From Rhizaria sp. SCN 62-66 (taxonomy: Eukaryota), in assembly GCA_001724265.1 (NCBI GenBank), contig MEDY01000008.1:124001-161399 (forward strand): a DNA stretch of 37,399 nt. Reading direction: 5' to 3'. Shown one piece after another: positions 17,285 through 28,723 of the stretch; positions within the stretch are counted from its first letter, which is position 1; every line of letters begins with the position of its first letter. The notes under the pieces are model-generated. The model was not told the origin of the DNA and did not search any database. It saw only the letters and a program-made list of their open reading frames with translations. Position numbers and translations under genes: made by a program.

Positions 17285-20200
17285 ATGCACTCTTCTGCGC
17301 GTCCCAACGCAGGGCAATGGTCCGAGTATGGCTCTGACCCGGACTCGTTGGGCTATGGCAGCTGTATTCCACGCTCTAACGCACCGCTTGGTCCTCCACT
17401 TCCCTCGCAGGGCACTGCAGGCGGTGGCAACGGAAGAGCTGGGAGATCCGGTGCAACGCTGTCTTCATCTTCTTCTTCGTCGCAAATGGCCTACATTGCG
17501 GATTGCTTTAACGACAGCTTTGATCCAGACGCTGCCGCATCCGACATGGACAGTCCGGTCACCGCTGCAGGCTTGCCCTCCAACCTTCCTCCTAGCCTTT
17601 CAGCTGCGGTCGATGCTGCTCTATCCCAAGTCGGTTTCTCACTACAGTTCCAGTCTCCCAACACCGACAGCAGCACCGCCAACTACAGCGCGCAGCACTA
17701 CAAACTCTCCCCGCGCGCGTCCCCATCCCGCGCCGGCACAACCGCGCGCCGCCTCTCCCCGCGCACGTCCTCTGATGCATCCACCTCAGGCGCCCACCGG
17801 GCCGGCGGCATCGACCCGGTTCACAACAGCAGCAACATCAACAGTAACTCTGCGGTCCCCTCGGCGGGCGCTCTATTTTCCGACAGCAGCGACGACGCTG
17901 ACCCTGACGCCGCGCTGGAGTTCTTTCTCGATGCCATCGCGTCCGCTCTCGACGCCGTCGTCGACCTCGCGACTGCGCCCGCCGCTCCTGCCGGCAGGAG
18001 CGGCGCCGCGGCCCTCCTGCCGCCGACCCCGCGGTCGCGGCGTCTGCAGGCGGACCCCATGGCGGTGGCGCGCGCCGCGGCGGCCGCGTTTGACGCCCAC
18101 GTCGCGCCCATCGCGCGTGGCCTGCCGGGCTGGCGAGACGCGTTCGCGCCTGTGGCGGCCGCCGCGACCGCCGCGGTGACCGCTGCGACAACCATCACGG
18201 GGCAGCACGGCAACGGACACAGCCATGGGCGTAGTCACAATTATGGGCATGCTCACGGCCACTCAGGCCCTGATGCCAGTCAAAACCACGGCCCCAGCCA
18301 AAGCTTCGGTCCGGGGCGCACGAGCTCCGCCGTCGCCATCGCCGACGCCGTCACGCGCGCTGCGCTCGCCAACGGTGCCGCGGCGGGGGGCGGCAGCAGC
18401 GCATCTGCGAGCGGTTTGATCCCCCCGGCCGCAGCGAGGGAGCTTGTGCGCGCCACGGCCTCCGCGGCCTCTTCCTCGGCCGCGGGGCTCTTCCTCCGGT
18501 TCGCACTCTCGGAGGCGCTGTTGCTGGCTGCCAGCGCGGCGGCTTCGGCGCTGCTCCAGGTCGCCGCCGCGGTTGCCGCGGAAGCCGAGGCGGGCAGGGC
18601 CGCTGAGGCTGAGGCTGCCGCCGATGCTAAGGCCGGTGCAGATGCGCTGGGAGGCGTGCTCGTCTGTCTCGTCGCCTGGTGCGTCGCGGCGGGCGCTGAT
18701 CCTAACTACAAGGTACGGCTGTGCTTCACAAACGATCATGAGACTCCGACCGAACATGTGTTGCCTATAACATCGAACTGTGTTTTGTACTCACACAATC
18801 TCTGTCTTCTGCACCCCTTTTTATCAGTGTGCGGACCGTGGGGATACAACACCCCTTCTCGCGCTGTTGCACTCAGCCGCGACCGCAACAGCGCCTACCG
18901 TCCCCGCTGCGGCGTCCACAGACAGCCCCGGCAGCGCTAGCAGCGTGCGCCTTAGCACCCCCGAGTCGCGCGCAGATGTGCTCGACTTGACTCTGTCCGC
19001 GCTGGCGCGTGTGCTGACTGCGCTGGGTGCGGACACGAACACGGCTGCGGCCGCGTCCGTCGCGGAAGAGAGCCTCTACGAGGGCGACACGCCGCTGCTG
19101 CTCGCCGCTGTTGCCGTGCTTGACGACACACTCGAAACATTACTTAAGGTACGCAACACGCTCACGGCATACAGCATCACAGATGACATGAATGTATGTT
19201 ACGATCGAAACCGGACGCGTTATCTTCGCATCAAACTATCTAACTCAACGATATCATGGTATATTTTCCCCTCAGGCCGGAACGAACCCCGCGGCGGCGA
19301 ATGCGCACGGCTCAACGCCGCTGAGCTTCGCGGCCTTCAACGGCCGGCCCCGCGCGCTGACGCTGCTGCTCTCCGCGGGCGCGAGCGCCAACAGCGCCGG
19401 CCGCGACGGCTTCACCCCGCTCATGTCTGCTGCGCGCGGGGGACACGGGGACGCCGTGACTGTCCTAGTCGCCGCCAAGGCAGACGTCAATGCGGCCACG
19501 GTGTCGGGGCTCACGGTCCTTATGGCTGCCTGTCAAGCGGACACGACGGATTCGTACGTATATCCAAGAGAACAATAACTTATTGACATGAAGCAATCAC
19601 TTTGTTACTCATTTTATATGTTACTTACTGTGCCTCGAGATTGAATCATCCTGCATTGAACTTTGTTTGTATAGATCTCGCCTGGATCTGGTGAAGCAGC
19701 TCCTGTCAATGGGCGCGTCACCCGCGCCGATCCCGCTGCCCTTCCCCGCCCAGCCCCAGCGGCCCAACTCGACGGCCCCGGCGCCGCCGCAGTGTCTGAC
19801 GTCGTGCCTGCACGCCGCGGCCGCCACAGGTTCGCTGCCGCTGGTGCGTCTCCTGCTCACGGTCACCCCGCCCCGGTCCACCGGCGGTCCGGCCAGCTCC
19901 CCCGCGGCGTCACCTGCCACGGCCGGGCGCGCGCCGGGCCCCGGCGTGGCGCTGCTGCCGCCGGGGCTGGTGGACGCGCACGGCCGCACCGCCAGCGACG
20001 TGGCGCGCGAGTGCGGCCACCGCGTGCTCGCCGACTACCTCGCCGACGCCGCCGCGGCCGCAGCTGCCGCCGCTGCGGCCGTCGCGGTCGCCAAGGGCGC
20101 TGCGAACGGCACGAACGATGCAAATGTGGGCAGCGGCGGCGGCAAGAGTGCAACGAGCGAGCCGGCGCCCGGGACGATCGCGTACGTCGCGCGCGGCCTC

Positions 20201-20863
20201 GGGGCAACGCTTCCTGTTCCTGCTGCAAACTGCGCGGCTGAGGCTGCGGCAGCGCGGGACGCGGCGCTGCGCGTGCTCAAGGCCGTGCAGTCCGTGTCTG
20301 CTGCGGGCGCGGCGCCAGCGACTTCTGCACCCGTGATATCGGGTGGACAAGGACAGACGCAGTTTGACACACTGGCGCTGCCATCGGTGAACTCAATGGG
20401 CCTCGCCAAACATCAGCAGCAACTAGAGCAACAGCAGCAGCAACAAGCGGTGGCCGTTGCTGCGGCGGCAGCTCTCGCTGCGCTTAGTTCGACGGCTCAC
20501 ACCAACTACGGCCTAGGTAGCACTACAACAGCGACTGTAGCATCAACGACGCCCTCCGGCTCCGGCATCGAACTCAATATGGACGCACTGCGCCTCACTA
20601 AGCCCCCGCCGGCTCAGCCGCAGTCGCAGGCTCCGCAGCGGAGTGACCGTGAGCAGCCCGGTCCCGGCGCGGCCGGTGAGGCCCGCCCTGGGTCGCCCGC
20701 GATGTCGCTGGCAGCGTCATCGGCCTCTGGCGCCACGGCGACCTCCGACGCGACATCCTACGCCACTGCGGTGCCGCTGGGACGCACAGGCAGCTCGCTC
20801 CCGCCCTACGCCAGCGGGCTGCAGACTTCGCTGCCGCAGCCGCAGACTGGACGCACCACACAA

Positions 20864-20907
<44 letters not shown>

Positions 20908-22933
20908 CTCGACCTCTGGCTCCAGCGCCATCGCCGGCGCAGGCGCGAGCGCGAGCTTCAGCGCCGGTGTGGGGGTGGGGCGCGATAGGGCAGGGCGCGG
21001 TGACGCCGTCACTGCAGTGGCCGCGGCGGTCTCGGCGGCAGCGACCCGCCTTGCCCCGGGAGGCAGCGGCGGCGCCAGCGGCGGCGGTGGCGGCGGCGGC
21101 GGCGGCGGTGCAGAGGGCTGGGGCTGGGACCTGACGGTCGACCTCGACGACGAGAATGACACTCGCGACGACAGCGACGACGACGACGACGGCACGGGCC
21201 GCGGCGGCGGCAGCGACACCGGCAGCGCCTACGGCTCCGGCCCCGGTTCCACCGCGGGCGGGCAGCACGCCGGCGGCGGCAATGCCAACGGCGGCGGGGC
21301 CGGCGGGTCGCGGCTCTCGCCGCGGGGCTCGCCCGGGCGCCGCCGGACGTGGTCGCCGGTGCACACACCGCGCTCTGCCGCCAACCTCGCCGCGCAGGCC
21401 GCTATGGCACAGGCGATTCCCAGTGCAAATGCAAGCGCAAATGCGAGTGCGGGTGTGAAGGCTGCTGATCCCGAGCTTGAGCAAATGCTCGAACGCTCTT
21501 GGCAGCTTGCAGCGCAGCAACAACAAACTCAGCAGCAGCCGCAACAGCAGACACAACAGTCACAATGGCGCAACCATATCCCGTCTCGTCCTCGCGCCAG
21601 TCAACCTCAAACACAGGCGCAGCAGCAAGTGCCGCAACAGCAACAGGTGCCGCAGTCCCCCATGCGTGCTGGACCGGTCCACTCCGGCCCCGGCCAGCAG
21701 CAGCAGCAGCAGCAGCCGCAGCAGAGGCGGCCGCCGTCGTCGCCATCGACGGCACGCGCGAATACTGGCGCGAGCAATGGCAACGGCAACAGCGACTTGC
21801 TCAAGACTGTGTACAGCGACCTTCTCTTCGCACGTCGCACCGCCAACGCGACTACCACAGCTGCAGCTGTAAGCAGCAGCAGCGCTGCAGGGAGCCGTGG
21901 CACGCGCCCAGTGTCCGCGCAACGCGGTCCCGCGCCGACGAGCGCCAACGGCTCTGCACCGACGGCCGCCTCGGCCGCAGCAGCAGCGGCTGCATTGGGC
22001 AACGGCGCGGGTGCGACGCCAGGGCACAGGCGCAGGCCCAGCGGCGGCAACGCCAGCTCAGCGTATGGCCCGGCATACGGCTCCAGCTACAGCGCCGGGG
22101 CAGCGGGCTCTGGAGGCAGTACGGCGGCTTCTGGCGCTGGCGCTGCGCCGCGCACGTTTGCGACGAGCGACGACTTTGACGCGTTTCTGCACGCGCTGCG
22201 CCGCCGCAACGGGCTCCCCGCCACCGGCGCCCCAGGTTCTGGCCCTGGTGCTGGTGTCGGAGTGAGTGCGAGCGGGTTCACCGGCTACCAAGGCGCCAAC
22301 AACGCAAACGCCGGATACAGTCAACATGGCGCCAGCGCTGGCGCCGGTGCTGGCGCGGGCTCTGCTGCGGGCGCGTCGTCGTACAGCCCCTACAGCGCGT
22401 ATGGCGCATATGGGGCTGGGGCGGGCTCCGCTGCGGCGGGGGCGGCGCGGCGACAGGCCACCGGCCGCGCTGGCGCTGGCGCCCATGCGTACTCGGCAGC
22501 CGGGCCCGGGACGCCGCGCAGCAAGGCCTCTGGCGCCGCGGCCGGCAGCGCGTACAGCAATAACGGAGCCCGCGCTGGCTTCGGCGCTGGCTCCTCGAGC
22601 GGTGCGGGCGCGGATCCAGGCGCGCGTGATACGTATGTACCCGGCTTTGCGTCCCCGCAAGCCACGGCGGCGGTGCGGCCGGCGATCGTGGTGCTGCTGC
22701 TGCGGCTGCACACTGTGCTGCCGCCGCTGGACGGCACCGCGGGGCCCTACGCCTTCGCGGCCGCGCTGGGCGGCTCTAGGGTCAGCGCGGCGCTGGTCAA
22801 GTCGGCGTACCTTGAGGCGCTCAAGGTGGCGCACCCGGACAAGCAGGGCGGCGACGAGAAGCGCGTTGCCGCCGCAGAGACAGCGTTTCAACAGTTGCGC
22901 GAAGCTTACAAGCAGTTTACCGGATCTGCATGA
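17285..22933 (+). CDS. Ankyrin-repeat protein with C-terminal auxilin-type J domain; join(17285..18712,18828..19148,19276..19553,19675..22933), ~1761 aa
   Basis: Three GT-AG introns join four ORF-track frames in phase and restore ankyrin repeats (GADPNYK|CADRGDTTPLL; EGDTPLLLAA..LETLLK|AGTNPAAANAHGSTPLSFAA; DGFTPLMSAARGGH; CLHAAAATG; DAHGRTASDVARECGH). The C-terminus reads LLLRLHTVL...VKSAYLEALKVAHPDK...AETAFQQLREAYKQF, with HPD at 22832-22840. The start codon choice is uncertain. Confidence 0.88.
18713..18827 (+). other. Spliceosomal intron 1 (115 nt, phase 0) of the ankyrin/J gene
   Basis: AAG|GTACGG...TACTCAC...CCCCTTTTTATCAG|TGT. AT-rich relative to the exons; removal restores the frame. 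Confidence 0.9.
19149..19275 (+). other. Spliceosomal intron 2 (127 nt, phase 0)
   Basis: AAG|GTACGC...CTAAC...TTTTCCCCTCAG|GCC. Removal restores the ankyrin motif LLK-AG. Confidence 0.9.
19554..19674 (+). other. Spliceosomal intron 3 (121 nt, phase 2)
   Basis: TC|GTACGT...TTTGTTTGTATAG|A. Contains stops; removal joins to the 19667..22933 frame. Confidence 0.85.
20861..20905 (+). repeat. (CAA)2(CAG)13 coding microsatellite, polyQ15
   Basis: Directly visible in exon 4 of the ankyrin/J gene. Confidence 0.95.
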
Positions 22934-23436
22934 AAGTCTTCAAGAACGGTTTGTGGTCGATCGATGGAGAGCAGGTGGAATAATAACGCGTTTTATATAG
23001 TTAGCGAGTTTGGATAATACAGCGTCCAGTTCTTTATCATTCGATTGAGTTTGTTTCATAGAGATATACGTGTGAACGAATGTGGACCACAAATCAGAAT
23101 CGCCACGTTAGGACCCACAGGTTCGTAAAAATGACGGTCAACATTTCTTTTTCGAGGTCGCGGCCAGTCAAACTCTCAACCTTGCGCGCGAGAATCCGTT
23201 CTTCTATCCCGGGCGTCCAGATGGGAATTTTGACCCCAGATCTCTTTACTTAAGGGGATATTAGCTTAGTTTGGATCAATGTGCAATATAAACTCCGTGT
23301 GCCGCGAGGGTATTCCCGGCCATCCTGACGCGACCCCTGCGCCATCGACCACACTCTCACGTTTCCACCATTCATTTTTACCGACCCGATTGCTCACCGC
23401 TCCGCTCACCCCTTCACCGCCTTGACTCACGCGCAG

Positions 23437-23450
23437 ACACACACACACAC
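23437..23450 (+). repeat. (AC)7 microsatellite 5 nt upstream of the ATG at 23456
   Basis: Directly visible. Confidence 0.9.
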
Positions 23451-23455
23451 AACCA

Positions 23456-25437
23456 ATGTCGAGGGGCTTTGGTAAGTTTAAGAAGGCTGTGCTCTTACAG
23501 CCTGCTCAGCAGGAAGTCCTGGACATGGTCTCGGCAGTCATTGTCAACAGTGTCGTACGTCCAACTCTCTCGCCTACCCGCATCCGCAATCAACTTTAGA
23601 TCATATTTTTTTCATTGACTTCTTCACCTAGAACGCTATCTATATGTACTCATCAGTTTCTGACTTCATCGCGGATTATCTCATTTCATGCGTTCTTTAT
23701 CTGTGCTCTCAAGCATGCCGTGAACTCACCAATCTCTCACTTTCTTGGCCCTTTTGTCTTCTCTCGTCTATCGCCCACATCGCACCCGACACAGGATGCC
23801 CGCGCTTTTTGCGAGAAGCATGGCTGGAAGAAGGACTCGATCATCACTGGTCTCGACTCCTATTTTGAGTACAGTAAGCCCGACGAGGAGGACTGGGTCC
23901 CCGCCACTAAGGGCGGCGCTGCGCCCGTTGTGCCCGCCTCCAAGGCCGCCAACAACGCCCGCAACGCTGGCCCCGCGTCTGGCCGCACCTCCCGCGGCGG
24001 CTTTGGCGGCCGCTCGTCCACGCGCCCCGACAACGCGACCCTCACAGAGACCACGGTGACCGAGTCCGGCGCCGTCAAGTCGTACAAGACCCACGGTGCC
24101 ACCGTCGCCGCGGGCTCCCCCAGCAACAGCAACCACGGCCGCGAGTCCCGCGGCGACCGCCCCGCGCGCCGCGACGCCGAGGCCGGCCACAAGGACAGCA
24201 AGAAGGACGCCGACAAGGCCGCTGAGAAGGCCGCCAAGAAGGAGGAGAAGGCCCCCAAGGCGCCCCCCAAGCCGACCTGGGCCGAGATGTTCAAGGCCGC
24301 CGTCGCGCCCACCGCCAAGCCCACCGTCGCCCCCGCCACGTCCAAGGACTCCAAGAAGGCCGACGCCGCCGCCGACAAGGCCGCGGACAAGGCCGCCGAG
24401 ACCGCCGCCGCTGCGGCCGCCAAGGAGCAGAAGGAAGAGGTCGAGGAGCCCGCCGTGGAGCCTGTGTCCGCCGTCGTGCGCGGCGCGTGGGCGCTCAACA
24501 GCAACGTCTCGAGCAGCGCCATCGTGCGGGGCACTGTCGCGCCCATTGCGCCCCCCGCGCCCAAGCCCGTTGCCGCCCCCGCAGCCGCCGAGCCCGAGGC
24601 CGAGGCTGCCGCCGCTGAGGCCGCTGCCGGGCCCGCCGCCGAGGCCAAGGCCGACGCCCCCGCGCGCGCGCCCCGCGCCCGCCGCGAGCGCCGCGGCAAG
24701 GCCAACGCTGACACTGACGCTGCCGCTGCGCCCGCCGCCGATGCTGAGGCCCCCGCCGCCGCCGCCGCTGTCGTCGCTGCTCCTGAGGTCGAGGAGAAGC
24801 CCGCCGTCGTCGCCGCCGCGCCCGCCCCCGTCGCCGCCCCCGTGGCCGTCGTCGCCGCGCCCGAGCCTGTTGTCGCTGCTCCCGCGCCCGCCGCCGTCGC
24901 CGCGCCCGCCGCCGCGCCCGTGGCCCCCGTGGCCGCGGCCCCCGCCAAGCCCGCGCTCATCTTCTCCGCCGCCATCCCCGAGGCCAAGAAGAAGTTCGTC
25001 TTCGGCGCCCCCGCCCCGGCCCCCGCCCCCGTCGCCGCGCCCGTCGCGGTCGCCGCCCCCGAGCCCGCCGCCGCTGCCCCCGCCTCCGCCTCTGCCTGGT
25101 CCGCTGAGGCTGAGCCCGAGGCCGCCGCCGCCGTGGCTGCCCCCGCCGCCGCCACTGACGCTGCGGCCCAGAGCCAGCAGTTCCAGTCGCAACCCCCGCC
25201 CCAGCAGCAGCAGGCGGCCGCGGCGGCCCGCACCGGCTACGAGAGCATGATGTACGACGCCAACGCCGACGCCGGCGCGAGCGCCGCGCAGTACGGTGAG
25301 CAGGTCTACGGCGACCACGGCCACACCGGCCGCGGCCCCCGCATGCAGCAGCAGCAGGGTCAGCAGCAGCAGCGCGGCAACAACTACAACAACATGGGCT
25401 ACAACAACCAGCAGCAGCAGCAGCAGTACCGCATGTC

Positions 25438-25474
<37 letters not shown>

Positions 25475-25895
25475 CACCAGCAGCAGCGCGTTGTCATGCA
25501 GAACAACAACCAGCAGCAGCAGCAGTTCGGCGGTAACTACACCGCGCCCATGCAGTCCCCGCCGTCGCCCACCGCCGACGGCATGAAGGCCAAGGCGCAG
25601 CCTCAGCCCCAGCAGCAGGGCCAGCAACAGCCTGCGCAGCCCCAGCAGCAGGGCCAGGGCCAGCAGCAGCAGCCGGGCCAGCCCCAGCAGCAGCACCAGC
25701 AGCACCAGCAGCAGATGGGCTACGACTACAACTACAACATGGGCTACAACAACTACAACATGATGCAGCAGCCCCAGCAGCAGCAGCAGGGCGGTTACAT
25801 GAGCCAGGGCCAGCAGCAGCTGCAGCAGCCCCAGCAGCAGCAGTATTCTGCGCACATGGGCTACGGCTACCCGCCCCAGCAGGGCCAGGCCCAGG

Positions 25896-25926
<31 letters not shown>

Positions 25927-26596
25927 CAAGCCCTACAACCAGGGCCAGAACCAGGGCGGCAACGCCTCGCTCAGCAACACCGGCGTTGGCGCCTACCCTA
26001 TGGGCGCCGCGATGGGCTCGATGGGCGCGATGACGGCGCCGCGCCAGTACACGACCTTCTCGCAGAAGCCCCAGACGCAGCAGTACCCCAAGAAGACGGG
26101 CTACTCGCAGCACAGCGGCTACCCGTCGATGCAGATGGGCCAGCAGCAGCACTACAACAGCTACGGCGGCCACAACGCCTTCAACGGCGGCTACGCCTCG
26201 CAGCAGCGCGGCGGCTACGGCGGCGGCTACGGCGGCTACGGCTACGACTCGTACCCCATGGACGCGAACCAGGGTAACTACTACCAGCAGCACATGATGA
26301 TGCAGTCGCACCAGGGCCAGCAGCAGGCCAACCAGCAGCAGGGCCAGGGCCAGGACCAGGCCCAGGGCCAGCAGCAGCAGGGCCAGGCCACCCCGCAGGG
26401 CGCCCAGGCGCAGCAGGCGGCGCAGCCCCAGCAGCCGCAGGTTCAGCCCCAGCAGCCCCAGACACAGCAGCAGCCTCAGCAGCCTCAGCAGCCTCAGCAG
26501 CAGCAGCCCCAGGTGCAGATGCAGCAGACCGACAACTATGGCAACTACGGCGGCTATGGCAACTACAACTACGGCGGCTACACCCAGGGCTGGTAA
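23456..26596 (+). CDS. Def1/UBAP2(L)/Lingerer-like low-complexity protein with prion-like Q/N/Y/G C-terminus; join(23456..23554,23795..26596), ~966 aa
   Basis: The ATG exon MSRGFGKFKK...VIVNSV splices in phase 0 to DARAFCEKHGWKK. Order of elements: short helical UBA/CUE-like N-terminus, EEDW..., RGG, KPTWAEMFK, Ala/Pro/Glu linker, KKFVFG (24995-25006), Q/N/Y/G/M-rich tail. Very strong C/G-ending codon bias. The gene itself is well supported; the family call is moderate. Confidence 0.8.
23555..23794 (+). other. Spliceosomal intron (240 nt, phase 0)
   Basis: GTC|GTACGT...pyrimidine-rich...ACACAG|GAT. Contains an in-frame TAG at 23597-23599. Confidence 0.85.
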
Positions 26597-27683
26597 GCGA
26601 CCAGCTTGCGCGCGTGGCTCCGTCTTGCTCGCACCTCACCGACGCGATGGGCCCGCGGCTTAACTTTGAAAAACGTCTAGTTCACGACGCGGCATAAAAT
26701 CTACATCTACGATCAACCTCTGTGAATGGCGCGCTCGCCCCCTCAGCTGTGCGTCACCTTCACGGATGTGGTTGTTTCTAGATCTTATGTTGTGTCGGTC
26801 CTGTCTGGATACAAGTTAAGCCGCGTCCGTCGCAGAGGTGCTGCTTACCTCTGCGGCCGTCGATGTCTGCTGGCTTGATTGCTTGCTCAAGCCAAGTAGC
26901 CTCACACTGCGCAGCGAGACCAGACGTGACCGACTACGAAAGCGACAATGGCAGCCGCTGCTGTCATTTCCCAGATTGCTGTCGTCGTCGCCACGCCGCT
27001 CTGTCTCGCTGCGCAAAGGGGCGCAGTCGGCGTTGCGCCGGTCCGCGCGGTCAGCGCTGCTATGTGCTCGCCGCCCGTGCGCGTCCGTCGATCGACAACG
27101 CCCGCTGCGCTCATGCGCCCTGGCCCTGCCCACAGTCCCCGCCCGCTCCCGGCCGCTCCCTCCCTCTGGTGTCTGCTCGCCAGAGGGAGTCGAGCGCCGA
27201 CCAGCCCGCGCGAGCGACTGTGCGCGCGGCCGGAAGTGCCCGCACCCAGTGCCGCCGCCCGCGCGCTCCCCCTCTGGCCCGCCCCCGCTCGGTCGGGGAG
27301 AGCCGGAGCCAGAGAGCGCGCCGGAGCGGCGGCCGACCCTGTCGTCCGTCCCCCGTCGCAGTCGCAGTATGCGCGCGCCGGAGCGGCCCGCCGTCGCGGA
27401 GCTCTACCGCGTGCGTTGGGCTTACCATTGCTCCTCAGTGTTGAGTTTGTTGTTTGTTTTGTGTTATGCAGCGTCTGATATTTTGTGCGTATGGAACTGT
27501 GTTTGAGAGACTTTCTGCGCCCGTGTCTGAGACAGCGACTCGACCACGCGCGACTGCCTGCCTGACCGACACGTCGCCGCTGGCGCCAGCGAGACTGACC
27601 ATCTCGCTCGCGCCATCATTGCGGCGACGCGTCCCTGTGCAGCGCATCGCGTCTGTCGCTGTCTCGGCAGACACAACAGGCGC

Positions 27684-27684
<1 letters not shown>

Positions 27685-27716
<32 letters not shown>
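27685..27716 (+). repeat. (AC)16 microsatellite
   Basis: Directly visible. Confidence 0.95.
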
Positions 27717-27718
<2 letters not shown>

Positions 27719-28202
27719 GCACACACGCGACGGCGCTGGCGCTGCTGCTGGCGCCGGCGCTGTGCTGTATTGTGTGTGCGGGTAAAGTCTCTCAAGCACA
27801 GAACCAGTATCACACGCTAACACGGAACCGCAGACAACAAACTGCGACAACAACACTGAGAAAGCGAGGTGCCCGACGTCGTCGTCGTGCAGCGCGCGAC
27901 CACCGCGACTGCGGACCGCGCTCACACGCCGCGAAGACTATTCTTCTAAGTGACTGCGAGTCTGGGGCGATCAATTATCACTGCTCCGCGCGCGTGCGGA
28001 GCAGGAGGATGGCAGCGTCAGCTGACTGCGGGTAACAAAATGAGAGAACTTGCAAGTGTTTAAATTGTCTCTGTAAAGACTCTCAATCTAATATTCAAGT
28101 TTCCTGTGAGGAAAGTGCTGTGTGAGTTTCTATTTAGGCTGTCATAAGACACGTAAAGAGTTGAAACGGTAAAGTAAACTGTTTTCATGTTAATAATACA
28201 CT

Positions 28203-28604
28203 GTGCTTTCCTACATCTTCTATGACCATTTCCTGAAATGTACTATATTTACTTCGCAGTTGATTTTCGGGTGTAACTCTTCGCCAACGAGCCGCTACGA
28301 AGGTGGTTCTCAAGTTGAGTTGCAATCCTCACTCAGGACCAAGAGGACGTATATTCGAAATGCTGGGTTGATCAATGAGTTATTTAATAGTGTCATAGAT
28401 CATTCATTTGTGGAACTCGTCACAAGCTCCTGTATCACTGGCTCCAGGAGATTTCACCTCAACAAGTCGGAGGACGATCTACGAACTGAGGCAAGAATGA
28501 AAGCGAGCAAGTTCATTGGACTATCAACGTCAACAAGAAAACCCAAGCTTGATTTAGATTTAAAACAACAATTTATGACTGTAATGCCAATTATATGCTC
28601 TTAA
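28203..28604 (+). other. AT-rich 133-codon open frame of doubtful status (relic or spurious)
   Basis: A long open frame in low-GC DNA, but with a non-ATG start, codon usage unlike neighbouring genes and no recognised motif. Confidence 0.15.
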
Positions 28605-28723
28605 TCTACAATTACACTCCGCTATTTCCAAACTCTTACCTGGTTTCGCTTGCTTGCTCATATTTCCCGCCTCTAGCCCCTCCCAGCTCTCCCGTCGTTC
28701 AACCTCAGCGCTTCAGAGCTAGA

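Noticed and set aside
23472-23500. 29-nt GTAAGT...TTACAG mini-intron in exon 1 of the Q-rich gene
   Set aside because: Removal shifts the frame, while the unspliced sequence reads through as GKFKKAVLLQ in phase with exon 2.
23768-26311. 847-aa antisense ORF (and other long antisense or off-frame ORFs at 17.3-35.2 kb)
   Set aside because: Expected artefact of extreme GC3 bias on the sense strand; the poly-Leu runs mirror CAG repeats.
25340-26520. CRISPR-like or tandem-repeat array
   Set aside because: These are coding CAG/CAGCCT repeats in a Q-rich domain, with no repeat-spacer structure.
26838-28035. Two-exon gene made by joining ORFs 26838 and 27454 via 27411-27471
   Set aside because: Non-ATG start, no codon bias, translation runs through an (AC)16 repeat, and no recognisable motif.
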